A stretch of 64,000 bases of DNA, taken from NCBI GenBank assembly GCA_009926625.1, contig RFON01000011.1:4713-68712 (forward strand), given 5' to 3'. Positions 30,135 to 38,788 of the stretch are shown piece after piece. How positions within the stretch are numbered: position 1 is the first letter of the stretch; each line of letters begins with the position of its first letter. The translations under genes were made by a program, and so were the position numbers. This DNA is from Planctomycetota bacterium. Its GTDB lineage: Bacteria > Planctomycetota > Phycisphaerae > Phycisphaerales > SM1A02. The notes under the pieces were generated by a model that saw nothing but the letters and a program-made list of their open reading frames with translations, was not told where the DNA came from and did not search any database.

Positions 30135-31052
30135 GTGTTCAAGATCTACATCGGAAATCTCGATAACGATGCAACGCTTGAGCATCTCAAGCAGTTGTTG
30201 TCTGCTTTCACGGACATGGAGGATTTGGTGCTCGTGACCGATCCCGAAACAGGGAAGAGTCGCTGTTTCGCGATCGCCATGTTTCGCGATGCAACGCGCG
30301 GGCAACTGCTCATTGAAACGCTCAACGGAAAGTCCCTGCTCGGTCGGCCGCTTGTGGTGAACGAGGCGGTCAAGAAGCGAAAGGGGCTGCCGCCGAAGAA
30401 AGAGCCAGGACGAGGTCGCGGTGGCCCTGGTGGCGCCGGAGGCGGTGGTTCGGGGCGTTTCCCGCAGCGTGGTGGCGGCGGTCGCCCATCGAGTCGCCCG
30501 TTCGGTCGAGGAAACTCCAGCCGCGACCAAGGTGGCGGCGGTGGAGGGCGCGGACCGCTCGGTCCAGGTTCGCTGCGCGCGGGCGGGTCATCTGGATTCT
30601 CGCGCAACCAACCGCTGCGCCCCAATCAGCCTTGGCGTTCTGGTGATTCCGTACCGCGCCGCGATGCGCCACCTTTGAGTGGTCCTGGTGGTCCAGGTGC
30701 CGCTCCGCGATTTGGATTCCAGCGTCCCATGGGCGCGCCAAGTTCTCGACCTCCGATGGGATTTGGAGGGGCACCGTCGCCCAGTCGCCCTGCATCGCCC
30801 ACTTCGGGTGTTGGACGCGCACCATCTGTGCCGCCGTCGCCACCCCGCGCACCATCCGTGCCACCTTCGCCGCCACGCGCGCCGTCCGTGCCACCGTCGC
30901 CACCTCGCGCACCGCGGGAGGGAGAATCCAGTTCGAGCGGCGATGCCAATCCGCCCCGTCAGCCCGCACCGCCCACGAAGCGACCTTCATCGCGACCCCC
31001 GTCCATTCGGCGAGCGGATTCGGGCGGAACTTCCAAGCCTCCGCAAGAGTGA
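30135..31052 (+). CDS. RNA-binding protein: N-terminal RRM domain plus about 220-aa RGG/Pro-rich disordered tail
   Basis: GTG start. RNP2 IYIGNL, RNP1-like RCFAIAMF, LNGKSLLGRPLVVNEA. The tail has GRGRGGPGGAGGGGSGRFPQRGGGGRP followed by a Pro-rich repeat. Confidence 0.8.
   Translation: MFKIYIGNLDNDATLEHLKQLLSAFTDMEDLVLVTDPETGKSRCFAIAMFRDATRGQLLIETLNGKSLLGRPLVVNEAVKKRKGLPPKKEPGRGRGGPGGAGGGGSGRFPQRGGGGRPSSRPFGRGNSSRDQGGGGGGRGPLGPGSLRAGGSSGFSRNQPLRPNQPWRSGDSVPRRDAPPLSGPGGPGAAPRFGFQRPMGAPSSRPPMGFGGAPSPSRPASPTSGVGRAPSVPPSPPRAPSVPPSPPRAPSVPPSPPRAPREGESSSSGDANPPRQPAPPTKRPSSRPPSIRRADSGGTSKPPQE
30819..30908 (+). repeat. In-frame 30-nt tandem repeat x3 encoding APSVPPSPPR
   Basis: Units at 30819-30848, 30849-30878 and 30879-30908, within the RRM protein tail. 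Confidence 0.9.
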
Positions 31053-31087
31053 TTGCGCATGCACTGTGGCCGACGGGGTGCGCCGTG

Positions 31088-31606
31088 ATGCATGACGTGA
31101 CCAATGATCCATTTGAACTGCTGGGTATCGAACGAGGCTGGCATGTTGACCTGCCGCAGATTCGAGCCGTGCAGATGAAGCTCCTTGCGGCCCACCACCC
31201 CGATCGCAACCTGAGTGGTGTGTCAGAAGCCGACGCCGTCGCGCAGTCCGCGCGCATCAATCGTGCAGTTGCAATCCTGTCCGATCCGCTTCAGCGCGCC
31301 GAGGCGCTCATTGAACTTGGCGATGCATCTGGAAAGGTGATCGCGTTGCCGCAGGAGGTGTTGTTGGAGATGCTCGCGAAGCGCGATGCCTTGTCGGAGG
31401 CAACAACGCGGGAGGAGATCACCTTGTGCCGCGAGTGGATCGCGGCGGAACGATCAGCGACGGAGCACGAAATGGGGTCGGTACTCAGTTCGGCGTGTAT
31501 CGATTGGAGCGCCGCGCGCCGACTGCTCGCGTGCCTGCGCGCGATCGCGCGGCTGGATGATGACGCACGGCGGGCGTTGGCAGCGTGCACGGGGGGCAAA
31601 GAGTGA
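31088..31606 (+). CDS. J-domain co-chaperone (HscB-like)
   Basis: DPFELLGI...LLAAHHPDRN (HPD motif) and a helical C-terminal domain. Not located in an isc operon. Confidence 0.6.
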   Translation: MHDVTNDPFELLGIERGWHVDLPQIRAVQMKLLAAHHPDRNLSGVSEADAVAQSARINRAVAILSDPLQRAEALIELGDASGKVIALPQEVLLEMLAKRDALSEATTREEITLCREWIAAERSATEHEMGSVLSSACIDWSAARRLLACLRAIARLDDDARRALAACTGGKE

Positions 31607-32862
31607 ACCTGCACCCGCTCATGCTTGCGATCCCGCCGATCATCGCCGCAAGCGCGCTCTGCTCTGCATCCGAGACGATCCTGTTTGGACTCTCTTCCGA
31701 TCAGCGATGGCGTTTGCGGCAGCAGTACCCAAAATCCGCTCGGATCGTCGATCGCCTGCTGGCAGAGCCGCGACGCCTGCTGCTGACGGTGATTCTGGCG
31801 AACATGTCGGTCAACTCCCTCTACTTCGCGATCGCATCCGTCGTCCTGCAGGATGCGGAAGTGTCCACGGCAGCGAAGGTGACCATTGGCCTGTTCGAGG
31901 TGATCGCGCTGATCCTGCTTGGCGAAGTCATTCCAAAGTTGGTGGGCAACTCCCTGCGAGAGCGTGCAGCGCCCATCATCGCCTACCCGGTCATCGTGCT
32001 GCATTGGCTGCTCTTCCCGGTTCGCATGGTCATCGACACACTGATCTTCCTGCCCATTCATCGGATCACGCAGCCTTCGTTGCCGTCGAGCGGTCCGTCG
32101 GCGGAAGAACTCCGTGATTTCGTTGCCGTTGCCCGCGTGCAGGGTGACATCACCGCAGAGGAAGAGGCGCTGCTTGCACGACTCCTCGTACTGCGCCGAA
32201 CGCGAGTGCGAGATGTGATGACGCACCGCACGGAGATGGTGTCGCTTCCGCGCACCAGCGGGCGGGCGGAGGTCGTTGCGCGCGCACAGTCCGCAAAGCT
32301 GAAGCGCCTGCCGGTCGTGGACGGATCCAACGACCGCGTGGTGGGCGTTCTCGATGTCCGCCGATACATGCTCGACCCCAAGGGTGCCGAGGCATCGATT
32401 GAACTCCACATGCATCAGCCTGTGTTTGTGCCCGACATCGCGCAGTTGGAGCAGCTGTTCGATCTCTTCCGCGCACAGCGGACCAGCCTTGCGATCGTGG
32501 TTGATGAGTTCGGCGGCACAGCGGGCATCGTGGCACTTGAAGATGCGGTGGAGGAGGTCGTCGGCGACATCGTGGCTGCCGATGAGATTGCCCCAAGTGC
32601 GCCCGAAACAGTGGCAGCAGGAACACGCGTCGATGGACGCATGTCGGCGTCGGCGTTCTGCGGCCACTTCAAGGTGCCGCTCTCGCTGACAAGGGCATCC
32701 ACCGTTGCTGGCATCGTGATCGAGACGCTTGGCAACCTTCCGGTGGACGGTCAGCACGTGTCGTTCGGCCACTTGCAACTTCGCGTCGATGGTGTCGAAC
32801 GCAATCGTGTGCGCCATGTCGTTGTGCTCACCGAAGGCGATTCGAAGGGAGGACGGGCATGA
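31603..32862 (+). CDS. CNNM/HlyC-CorC family transporter (DUF21 + CBS pair + CorC_HlyC)
   Basis: GTGA overlap with the J-protein stop; the track start is 31585. Four N-terminal TM helices, CBS region (VRDVMTHRTEM..LPVVDG), VDEFGGTAGIVALEDAVEEVVGDI, and a CorC C-terminal domain. Confidence 0.82.
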   Translation: MNLHPLMLAIPPIIAASALCSASETILFGLSSDQRWRLRQQYPKSARIVDRLLAEPRRLLLTVILANMSVNSLYFAIASVVLQDAEVSTAAKVTIGLFEVIALILLGEVIPKLVGNSLRERAAPIIAYPVIVLHWLLFPVRMVIDTLIFLPIHRITQPSLPSSGPSAEELRDFVAVARVQGDITAEEEALLARLLVLRRTRVRDVMTHRTEMVSLPRTSGRAEVVARAQSAKLKRLPVVDGSNDRVVGVLDVRRYMLDPKGAEASIELHMHQPVFVPDIAQLEQLFDLFRAQRTSLAIVVDEFGGTAGIVALEDAVEEVVGDIVAADEIAPSAPETVAAGTRVDGRMSASAFCGHFKVPLSLTRASTVAGIVIETLGNLPVDGQHVSFGHLQLRVDGVERNRVRHVVVLTEGDSKGGRA

Positions 32863-33842
32863 GCGTGATTCCGTTCGCGGTGGGCATCGTGTCGCTGCTT
32901 GTCTGCGGGCTGCTCGCGGGAATGGAGACCGGCACCTACACGCTCAACCGCGTTCGACTTGCAGCGAAGGCAGCGCGCAATGAGCCGGCAGCGAGGCGCC
33001 TACTCGCTGAACTGCAGCATCCCAATCGCCTGCTCGCGACGGTTCTCGTTGGGATGAACTTTGCGCACGCCGCGCTGAGTGCGTCGACGACCTGGTCACT
33101 CGAGAGCGTGACCGACGACCCGTTGCAACTGACGCTTTTGAACACGGTGATCGTGCTGCCGCTGGTGTTCCTCTTTGGCGATGCGCTTCCGAAGGAACTC
33201 TTTCGGGTGTTCACGAACTCGTGGAGCTATGCGTGCTCGGGAATCCTGCTCGTGATGCGGGTTGCGCTCACATGGACCGGCATCGTTCCAGTCATTCGAC
33301 TGCTTGGTGATGGCGCGTCCTACCTGCTCGGTTTTCGGCGCGATCAAGAGGCACCGCGTCGGCAGCGCGTCCTGCAGTCGCTCCGCGACGGCATCGAGGC
33401 GGACCTCATCAAGGATGTGCACTTGGACATGGCGGATCGACTGTTCGGTCTGTCGGAACGCCAAGTCAGTCAGTGCACGGTGCCCTGGGCGCGCGTCGTG
33501 CGGCTGCCTGAGGATGCGCCCGAAGCCCTTCGGCGACGCATCTTCGGCGAGCAGTCGTTCAGTCGAGTGCCGATCTACCGAACCGAGGGAGCGCAGACGA
33601 CCGTTGTCGGTGTCGTGTCGTCGCTGGAGGCGCTGCTGCAGCCGCAGGCGGCGCTCGTTGGCATTGCGCAGGAGCCGCTCGTGCTTGCGCCCGACACGCT
33701 GGTGCTTGATGCAGCGCGAACGATGCGAACCGCCCGTCGAACGATGGCGGTGGTGTGGGATGGGAAGTCATCGGCTCCACTGGGAATCATCACGCTGAAG
33801 GATGTGGTGGAGCCGATCTTTGGTCCGACCCCAGAGTGGTGA
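32859..33842 (+). CDS. CNNM-like membrane protein (DUF21 + CBS pair, no CorC_HlyC domain)
   Basis: ATGA overlap with the preceding gene. DUF21-type TM helices, GDALPKELF, and a CBS-like C-terminus (GIITLKDVVEPIFG). Confidence 0.72.
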   Translation: MSVIPFAVGIVSLLVCGLLAGMETGTYTLNRVRLAAKAARNEPAARRLLAELQHPNRLLATVLVGMNFAHAALSASTTWSLESVTDDPLQLTLLNTVIVLPLVFLFGDALPKELFRVFTNSWSYACSGILLVMRVALTWTGIVPVIRLLGDGASYLLGFRRDQEAPRRQRVLQSLRDGIEADLIKDVHLDMADRLFGLSERQVSQCTVPWARVVRLPEDAPEALRRRIFGEQSFSRVPIYRTEGAQTTVVGVVSSLEALLQPQAALVGIAQEPLVLAPDTLVLDAARTMRTARRTMAVVWDGKSSAPLGIITLKDVVEPIFGPTPEW

Positions 33843-33910
33843 GACGCACAGGTGTCGACGCAACGCAGTGCGGGCAACAGCCGAAGGGTGCGCTATACTG
33901 CTTTGTTCGC

Positions 33911-33984
33911 GCGCCAGTAGCTCAGCTGGCTAGAGCACACCCCTGATAAGGGTGAGGTCGAAGGTTCGAGTCCTTTCTGGCGCA
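33911..33984 (+). tRNA. tRNA-Ile (anticodon GAU)
   Basis: Cloverleaf folded by hand: acceptor gcgccag/ctggcgc, D stem gctc/gagc, anticodon stem-loop caccc-ctGATaa-gggtg, T arm gaagg-ttcgagt-ccttt. No encoded CCA. Confidence 0.9.
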
Positions 33985-33990
33985 TTGACC

Positions 33991-34030
33991 GACGGCGGGC
34001 CCGCGTGGGTCCGCCGTCATGCATTTTGTC
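33991..34030 (+). terminator. Rho-independent terminator after tRNA-Ile
   Basis: gacggcgggccc-gcgt-gggtccgccgtc stem-loop followed by atgcattttgtc. Confidence 0.7.
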
Positions 34031-34146
34031 GCTGCGGACGCATTCGCTGCGGACGCGTGGACTGCTGCAGCGATATCATCTGCCTCCCGATTGAGAGTCG
34101 TTTCAGTCTTTTCCCAATACACGATCAACAACTCGAAGAGGAACTC

Positions 34147-35115
34147 ATGCGCCGCGCGAAGATATCGATCATCGGAGCTGGAAATGTCGGAGCGACCTGT
34201 GCCCACTGGGCTGCGGCCAAGGAGCTGGGGGACATCGTGCTGCTCGACATTCCTGACCGAGTGGGTGTGGCGAAGGCGAAGGCACTTGACTTGTTCTGCT
34301 GCGCACCGATTGAGGAGTTCGACTCACGAGTGATCGGCACCGCAGATTACGCGGACACGGCGAACAGCGATGTCGTGGTCGTCACGGCTGGCATCCCGCG
34401 AAAGCCTGGGATGAGCCGCGATGATTTGATTGCCACGAATGTCGGAATCGTCCGCGATGTGGCGGCGAAGGTGGCTCATCATTCGCCGTCGGCGGTCATG
34501 ATCGTGGTCAGCAATCCGCTCGATGCGATGGTGTACACCGCATGGAAGGCATCGCGGTTTCCGACGAGCCGCATCCTCGGCCAGGCGGGCTGCCTTGATG
34601 TCGCACGATTCCGCGCGTTCTTGGCGATGGATCTCGGGTGCTCCGTCGAGGACATCCAAGCGTTGCTGCTGGGCGGTCACGGCGATGACATGGTGCCGCT
34701 TGCGCGCTTCACGAGCGTGCACGGCATTCCCATCAGCATGCTGCTGCCGAAGGAGCGCATTGACGCCTGCATGCAGCGCGCAAAGGTGGGCGGCGGCGAG
34801 ATCGTTCAACTGATGGGGACGAGCGCCTACTACGCACCCGCGTCGGGCACCATTCAGATGGTCGAGGCGATCGTCAAGGACAAGAAGCGCATCCTGCCAT
34901 GCGCGGCGTACTGCGAGGATGCGTTTGGTGTTGCGCCCGGCGACAAGGGCGGTGGATACTTCGTGGGCGTCCCGTGCATCCTCGGTGCCGGCGGCATGGA
35001 GAAGGTGGTGGAGATTCAGTTCGAAGCCGACGAGCGAAAGCTCTTCGACGAGTCCGTGTCGCATGTGAAGGATCTCGTGGGACTTGTGCGGAAGGCCTTC
35101 CCCGACCTCGGCTGA
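34147..35115 (+). CDS. mdh: Malate dehydrogenase (LDH-like family)
   Basis: KISIIGAGNVGATCA, VVVTAGIPRKPGMSRDDL, LLGGHGDDMVP. In-frame ATG at 34147 of ORF 33952..35115. Confidence 0.9.
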   Translation: MRRAKISIIGAGNVGATCAHWAAAKELGDIVLLDIPDRVGVAKAKALDLFCCAPIEEFDSRVIGTADYADTANSDVVVVTAGIPRKPGMSRDDLIATNVGIVRDVAAKVAHHSPSAVMIVVSNPLDAMVYTAWKASRFPTSRILGQAGCLDVARFRAFLAMDLGCSVEDIQALLLGGHGDDMVPLARFTSVHGIPISMLLPKERIDACMQRAKVGGGEIVQLMGTSAYYAPASGTIQMVEAIVKDKKRILPCAAYCEDAFGVAPGDKGGGYFVGVPCILGAGGMEKVVEIQFEADERKLFDESVSHVKDLVGLVRKAFPDLG

Positions 35116-35171
35116 TCGTCCACGCGTTTTCGCACGGTCCACGGCACGGGCAACGAGCGGGAGCAATCATC

Positions 35172-35561
35172 ATGGAACATCGTTCAATCATGCGAGACTC
35201 GGGCGGACCATGGAGCCTTGGATCTGGTTCGGGTGGCAAGCCGGGTGGTCCGCCGCAGCAACCTGCGCAGCAGCCGGCGCAGCCGCAGGCGGCGCAGATC
35301 CAGTTGACCCGCCACGAGAAGCGGAACTTCGTCGGTCAGACGGTGCATCTCGCAGGGAACGCGTTCATCGACTGCACCTTCGACTCCTGCACGCTGGTTT
35401 TGACGGGATCGCCGTTCGTGTTTCACGGGCAGTGCCGCTTGCAACGCTGCAATTGGCGGATCGAGTTCGACATTCTCTGGGGGGCGCCCGCGACCCGAAT
35501 GCAGTTGCGCTCGATCATCGACCAGATGGAGGCGGTGGCCGAACAGCCGCCCGTCGCCTAG
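35172..35561 (+). CDS. Hypothetical protein (129 aa)
   Basis: In-frame ATG at 35172. Disordered QPAQQPAQPQAAQ N-terminus and a Cys-containing C-terminal domain. No motif recognised. Confidence 0.45.
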   Translation: MEHRSIMRDSGGPWSLGSGSGGKPGGPPQQPAQQPAQPQAAQIQLTRHEKRNFVGQTVHLAGNAFIDCTFDSCTLVLTGSPFVFHGQCRLQRCNWRIEFDILWGAPATRMQLRSIIDQMEAVAEQPPVA

Positions 35562-35614
35562 CCGCCCGTCGCCTGATTCTCACGATTCCGGTGCATCCTG
35601 CCGATGAATGGAGG

Positions 35615-36106
35615 ATGCGCGTGACCCTGCCGTTCTTCAATCCCGACCCAGGCTGGCTTTTCCTGGCCGCAGGGTTGGCCTTGGTGGTGTCGGCGGCGAT
35701 CCTGCCCGAAGCGGAGCGCGTGCATGTCATGCGCAATCAGCTGCAGACGATCAAGTTTGCGGAGCAGCACAACTTCGCTCGCATGGCGGCGTGCTCGAAG
35801 TTCCTCGATGACCTGAAGGCAGGTGATCCTGCGCTCGTGCGCCGCCTGGCAGCGAGCCAGTTGAACCTCATGCCGCGCGGCGAGACGGCGCTGCTCGTGG
35901 CATCGTCGATCGAGTCGACTCCGAGCGACTGGATTGAGGCGAGCGTGACGCCGCCGCCGTACGAGATGGAGGCTTATCCCGACACGCTGTTGTCGCGGTG
36001 GACGCTTGGTCCGCAGCGGCTTTGGGTGATTGCCACGGGTGCGTTCTGCGTGTTCCTTGGCTTGGTGCTTGGACCAGCGCAGCGGCTGCAGGAAAAACTG
36101 GCTTGA
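35615..36106 (+). CDS. Hypothetical membrane protein (163 aa, TM helix at each end)
   Basis: In-frame ATG at 35615. WLFLAAGLALVVSAAIL and LWVIATGAFCVFLGLVLG helices. Confidence 0.45.
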   Translation: MRVTLPFFNPDPGWLFLAAGLALVVSAAILPEAERVHVMRNQLQTIKFAEQHNFARMAACSKFLDDLKAGDPALVRRLAASQLNLMPRGETALLVASSIESTPSDWIEASVTPPPYEMEAYPDTLLSRWTLGPQRLWVIATGAFCVFLGLVLGPAQRLQEKLA

Positions 36107-36114
36107 ACGGCTGA

Positions 36115-37149
36115 GTGGGAGTGCGGGGTAGTAGCGTGTGCCTCATGCCACGAGGCGCGGGGGAAATTCCATTGGAGGTACTTCGTGTCGCTCAAGCGCT
36201 TGACCGCGCACCACGGTCGTGGCGGCAGGCGGTTCGGCGATGCGGTGGCGTCACGGCGCTGGCGCGTTTGGCGCACTCGGGGGAAGCAGAGCTCGAGGGG
36301 CTTCTGGCGGAGTCGGATGGGTGCGATTCGATGCGGGCGTCTGCGCTGCGGGAGCGGATGAAGTGGTGCGATCCAATTCGGCAGCAGGAGGCGATGAGCG
36401 CGCTTGGCGCGGGACTTGTCTTGGTGGAGGACGACGACTACCCAGCCATGCTGGCCGCATCGGAGGACCCTCCAGTGGCACTTTGGATCCGTGGATCACT
36501 GCAGCGGAACGATGCATGGTCCGTCGCGGTCGTGGGGTCGCGGCGCGCGACGGCATACGGCATCGAGCAGGCGGGTCGATTTGCCGCGGCATTCGCGGCG
36601 GCGGAGATCGCGGTGGTATCGGGGGCGGCGCGAGGAATCGATGGCGAAGCGCACCGAGGTGCACTGCGCGCAGAGGGACGCACGGTGGCGGTGGTTGGGG
36701 GTGGGCTCGCCGAACCTTATCCGCCAGAACACCGCGAACTCCTCGACGAGATTGTCGCAAGCGGTGGTGCGGTGCTGAGCGAATGTCCAGTTGACGCTCC
36801 TGCGACACCAGATCGATTCCCAAGCCGTAATCGGATTCTTGCCGGGTTGAGCGCGGCCACCATCGTGGTGGAGGCCGCAACGCGGTCAGGCGCGATGATC
36901 ACGGCAGGGATGGCAATCGAGGCGGGGCGCGCTTGCATGGCCGTTCCTGGGCCGGTTCACACCGGTCGATCGGCGGGGTGCCATCGCCTGATCCAGTCCA
37001 TGCAGGCCGTGCTCGTGGAGAGCCCCGACGATGCGATCGCATGCCTCATCGACCATGCATCGACCATTGTGGGCGCGGAACAGATGCGCGCAGCGGGATT
37101 CGAGCCGCCGCGTGCCGCGATGAATCCTCAGTTGAGCCCGAGGCTGTAG
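36115..37149 (+). CDS. dprA: DNA-processing protein DprA
   Basis: VVGSRRATAYG, VVSGAARGIDGEAHRGAL, PSRNRILAGLS. The start may be the ATG at 36145. Confidence 0.85.
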   Translation: MGVRGSSVCLMPRGAGEIPLEVLRVAQALDRAPRSWRQAVRRCGGVTALARLAHSGEAELEGLLAESDGCDSMRASALRERMKWCDPIRQQEAMSALGAGLVLVEDDDYPAMLAASEDPPVALWIRGSLQRNDAWSVAVVGSRRATAYGIEQAGRFAAAFAAAEIAVVSGAARGIDGEAHRGALRAEGRTVAVVGGGLAEPYPPEHRELLDEIVASGGAVLSECPVDAPATPDRFPSRNRILAGLSAATIVVEAATRSGAMITAGMAIEAGRACMAVPGPVHTGRSAGCHRLIQSMQAVLVESPDDAIACLIDHASTIVGAEQMRAAGFEPPRAAMNPQLSPRL

Positions 37150-37967
37150 AAGAGCGACGAGAAGAGAAGGTCGCAGATCACGATGGCAACGGTCGTCTGC
37201 ACCACGGTGTTGGTGGTGGCTCGGCCCACGCCGGCGGCGCCGCCGGTGACCCGCAATCCGTTGGAGCACGCGATCAAGCCAAGGAGGACTCCGAAGACCA
37301 ATGCCTTGATGAGTCCCGTGTTGAAGTCGACGGGGCGCAACTGATTGATGGTGTTCAGTCGGTAGGTTTCGTATGGGATGTCGAGCACCATGACGCCAAT
37401 GACACCACCCATCACGATCGAGCAAATGTCGGCAAACACCGAGAGCACGACGAGGCTGACAGCCGTGGCAATCACACGCGGCACCACGAGGAATCGAATC
37501 GGGTTGAGCGCCATCGCCTCGAGCGCCTCGATCTCCTCGCCCACCTTCATCGTTCCAAGTTCGGCCGCGATCGAAGCGCCGGCGAAGCCAGTCAGGACAA
37601 TCGCGGCGATGAGCGGGCCAAGTTCGCGTGTCACCGCGACGCCCACGAGGTTCGCCACCTTGTCCGTCTGGCCAAAGTCACTGAGGCTCGGTGCGGTCTG
37701 CAAGGCAAGAATGATGCCGATGCATCCAGACACCAGCAGCACGATGCCGATCGAGCGGGTTCCCACTCGTACGACCTGCTCCGCGAGCGCCTGCGCACCG
37801 AAGCGCGCGCGCCGCTGGATGAGCGATCGGATCACCCAGACGGAAACTTGATGCAGGAGCGCGGACCACGCGCCGACGAGCGCGAACACATCCGACCAAA
37901 GCGTCCAATACCAGTCGATGAATCGAAGGGGGAGCGCGGGCTTGACCTCGGTCGTTTCCGCTGCCAT
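37128..37967 (-). CDS. mlaE: MlaE-family ABC transporter permease
   Basis: 279 aa. VVRVGTRSIGIVLLVSG, VAVTRELGPLIAAIVLTGFAGASIAAELGTMKVGEEIEALEAMALNP is a typical MlaE core. No MlaF or MlaD gene is adjacent. Confidence 0.85.
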   Translation of the reverse strand: MAAETTEVKPALPLRFIDWYWTLWSDVFALVGAWSALLHQVSVWVIRSLIQRRARFGAQALAEQVVRVGTRSIGIVLLVSGCIGIILALQTAPSLSDFGQTDKVANLVGVAVTRELGPLIAAIVLTGFAGASIAAELGTMKVGEEIEALEAMALNPIRFLVVPRVIATAVSLVVLSVFADICSIVMGGVIGVMVLDIPYETYRLNTINQLRPVDFNTGLIKALVFGVLLGLIACSNGLRVTGGAAGVGRATTNTVVQTTVAIVICDLLFSSLFYSLGLN

Positions 37968-37971
37968 CGGG

Positions 37972-38313
37972 TCACGCCTTGCAGGCTTCCTCGACGGTGG
38001 GGCGGGTGGTGAACATCGCGGAGAGCTTGGTGATCTCCAGCAGCGTCTTGACGCGCGGACGGAGGCCCGCCAACGACAGGGCGATGTTCGCTTCGCGAGT
38101 CCACTTCAGTGCTTCCACGAGTGTGGCGATCCCCGATGAATCCACATAGTCCACCACCGACAGGTCGATGACCAACCGTGACGGCTTGGTTGTCAGCGCT
38201 TGCTTGATCGCTTCGCGCATCGCGGGCGCCCTCGCCATGTCGATATCGCTCTGCGGCGAAAGAACAGCACTGCTGTCGATCGTGCTGTTCTTGATGACGA
38301 GGGGAGTGCTCAT
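37972..38313 (-). CDS. STAS-domain protein (anti-sigma-factor antagonist / MlaB-like)
   Basis: In-frame ATG at 38313. LVIDLSVVDYVDSSGIATLVEAL contains the DSSG phospho-serine motif of the SpoIIAA/RsbV family. 4-nt overlap with the upstream kinase and a 4-nt gap to mlaE. Confidence 0.8.
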   Translation of the reverse strand: MSTPLVIKNSTIDSSAVLSPQSDIDMARAPAMREAIKQALTTKPSRLVIDLSVVDYVDSSGIATLVEALKWTREANIALSLAGLRPRVKTLLEITKLSAMFTTRPTVEEACKA

Positions 38314-38786
38314 GAATGGGGTTGCTCGGGATTGGAGGGGGCAGGATACGAGGCAGCGAGTTCTTCTGCGTTCAGCCACTTCGCGAGTGTCAGGCGCATG
38401 CCACCCGAGGCGCGCGGCTCCCACACGGATTCATTCATGGTTTCCTTGATGATATGAACCCCGAGGCCGCCAGGGCGCACATCGGCGAGTTCGCGCCCCT
38501 TGATCTTCGATGGATCAGTGACTTTGCCAAGGTCCTCGATGATGATGCGGAGTCCACGCGGCTCGGTGGAGCGCCACAAGTGCAGCCAGATCATGCCGTT
38601 GGTCTGGTTGCCATATCCGTGGCGGATGACATTGGTGAGCGCTTCATCAATGGCGAGCGCGATGAGCGCCCGCGAACGCTCTTGGAATCCGATGCACTTG
38701 GACCACCCTTCAATGGCACAGCGCACGGTCGCAAGCAGATGTGGATCGCTGAAGATGCGGATGCTGATCTCGGGCTCGCGTTCCAT
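38310..38786 (-). CDS. RsbW/SpoIIAB-type serine protein kinase (anti-sigma regulatory factor, HATPase_c_2-like)
   Basis: In-frame ATG at 38786. N-box DEALTNVIRHGY, G-box RPGGLGVHIIKETM, 158 aa. Confidence 0.8.
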   Translation of the reverse strand: MEREPEISIRIFSDPHLLATVRCAIEGWSKCIGFQERSRALIALAIDEALTNVIRHGYGNQTNGMIWLHLWRSTEPRGLRIIIEDLGKVTDPSKIKGRELADVRPGGLGVHIIKETMNESVWEPRASGGMRLTLAKWLNAEELAASYPAPSNPEQPHS

Positions 38787-38788
38787 GC

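Noticed and set aside
31291-32817. 508-aa minus-strand ORF
   Set aside because: Antisense to the J-protein and CNNM transporter genes. No motifs.
37128-37149. Convergent 3' overlaps (dprA/mlaE 22 nt; also lipoprotein/serS 10071-10093, membrane protein/rpsA 18896-18921, pepN/kdsB 56374-56432) as possible antisense regulation
   Set aside because: Short convergent overlaps are common in compact GC-rich genomes, where stop codons are rare. There is no supporting structure or motif.
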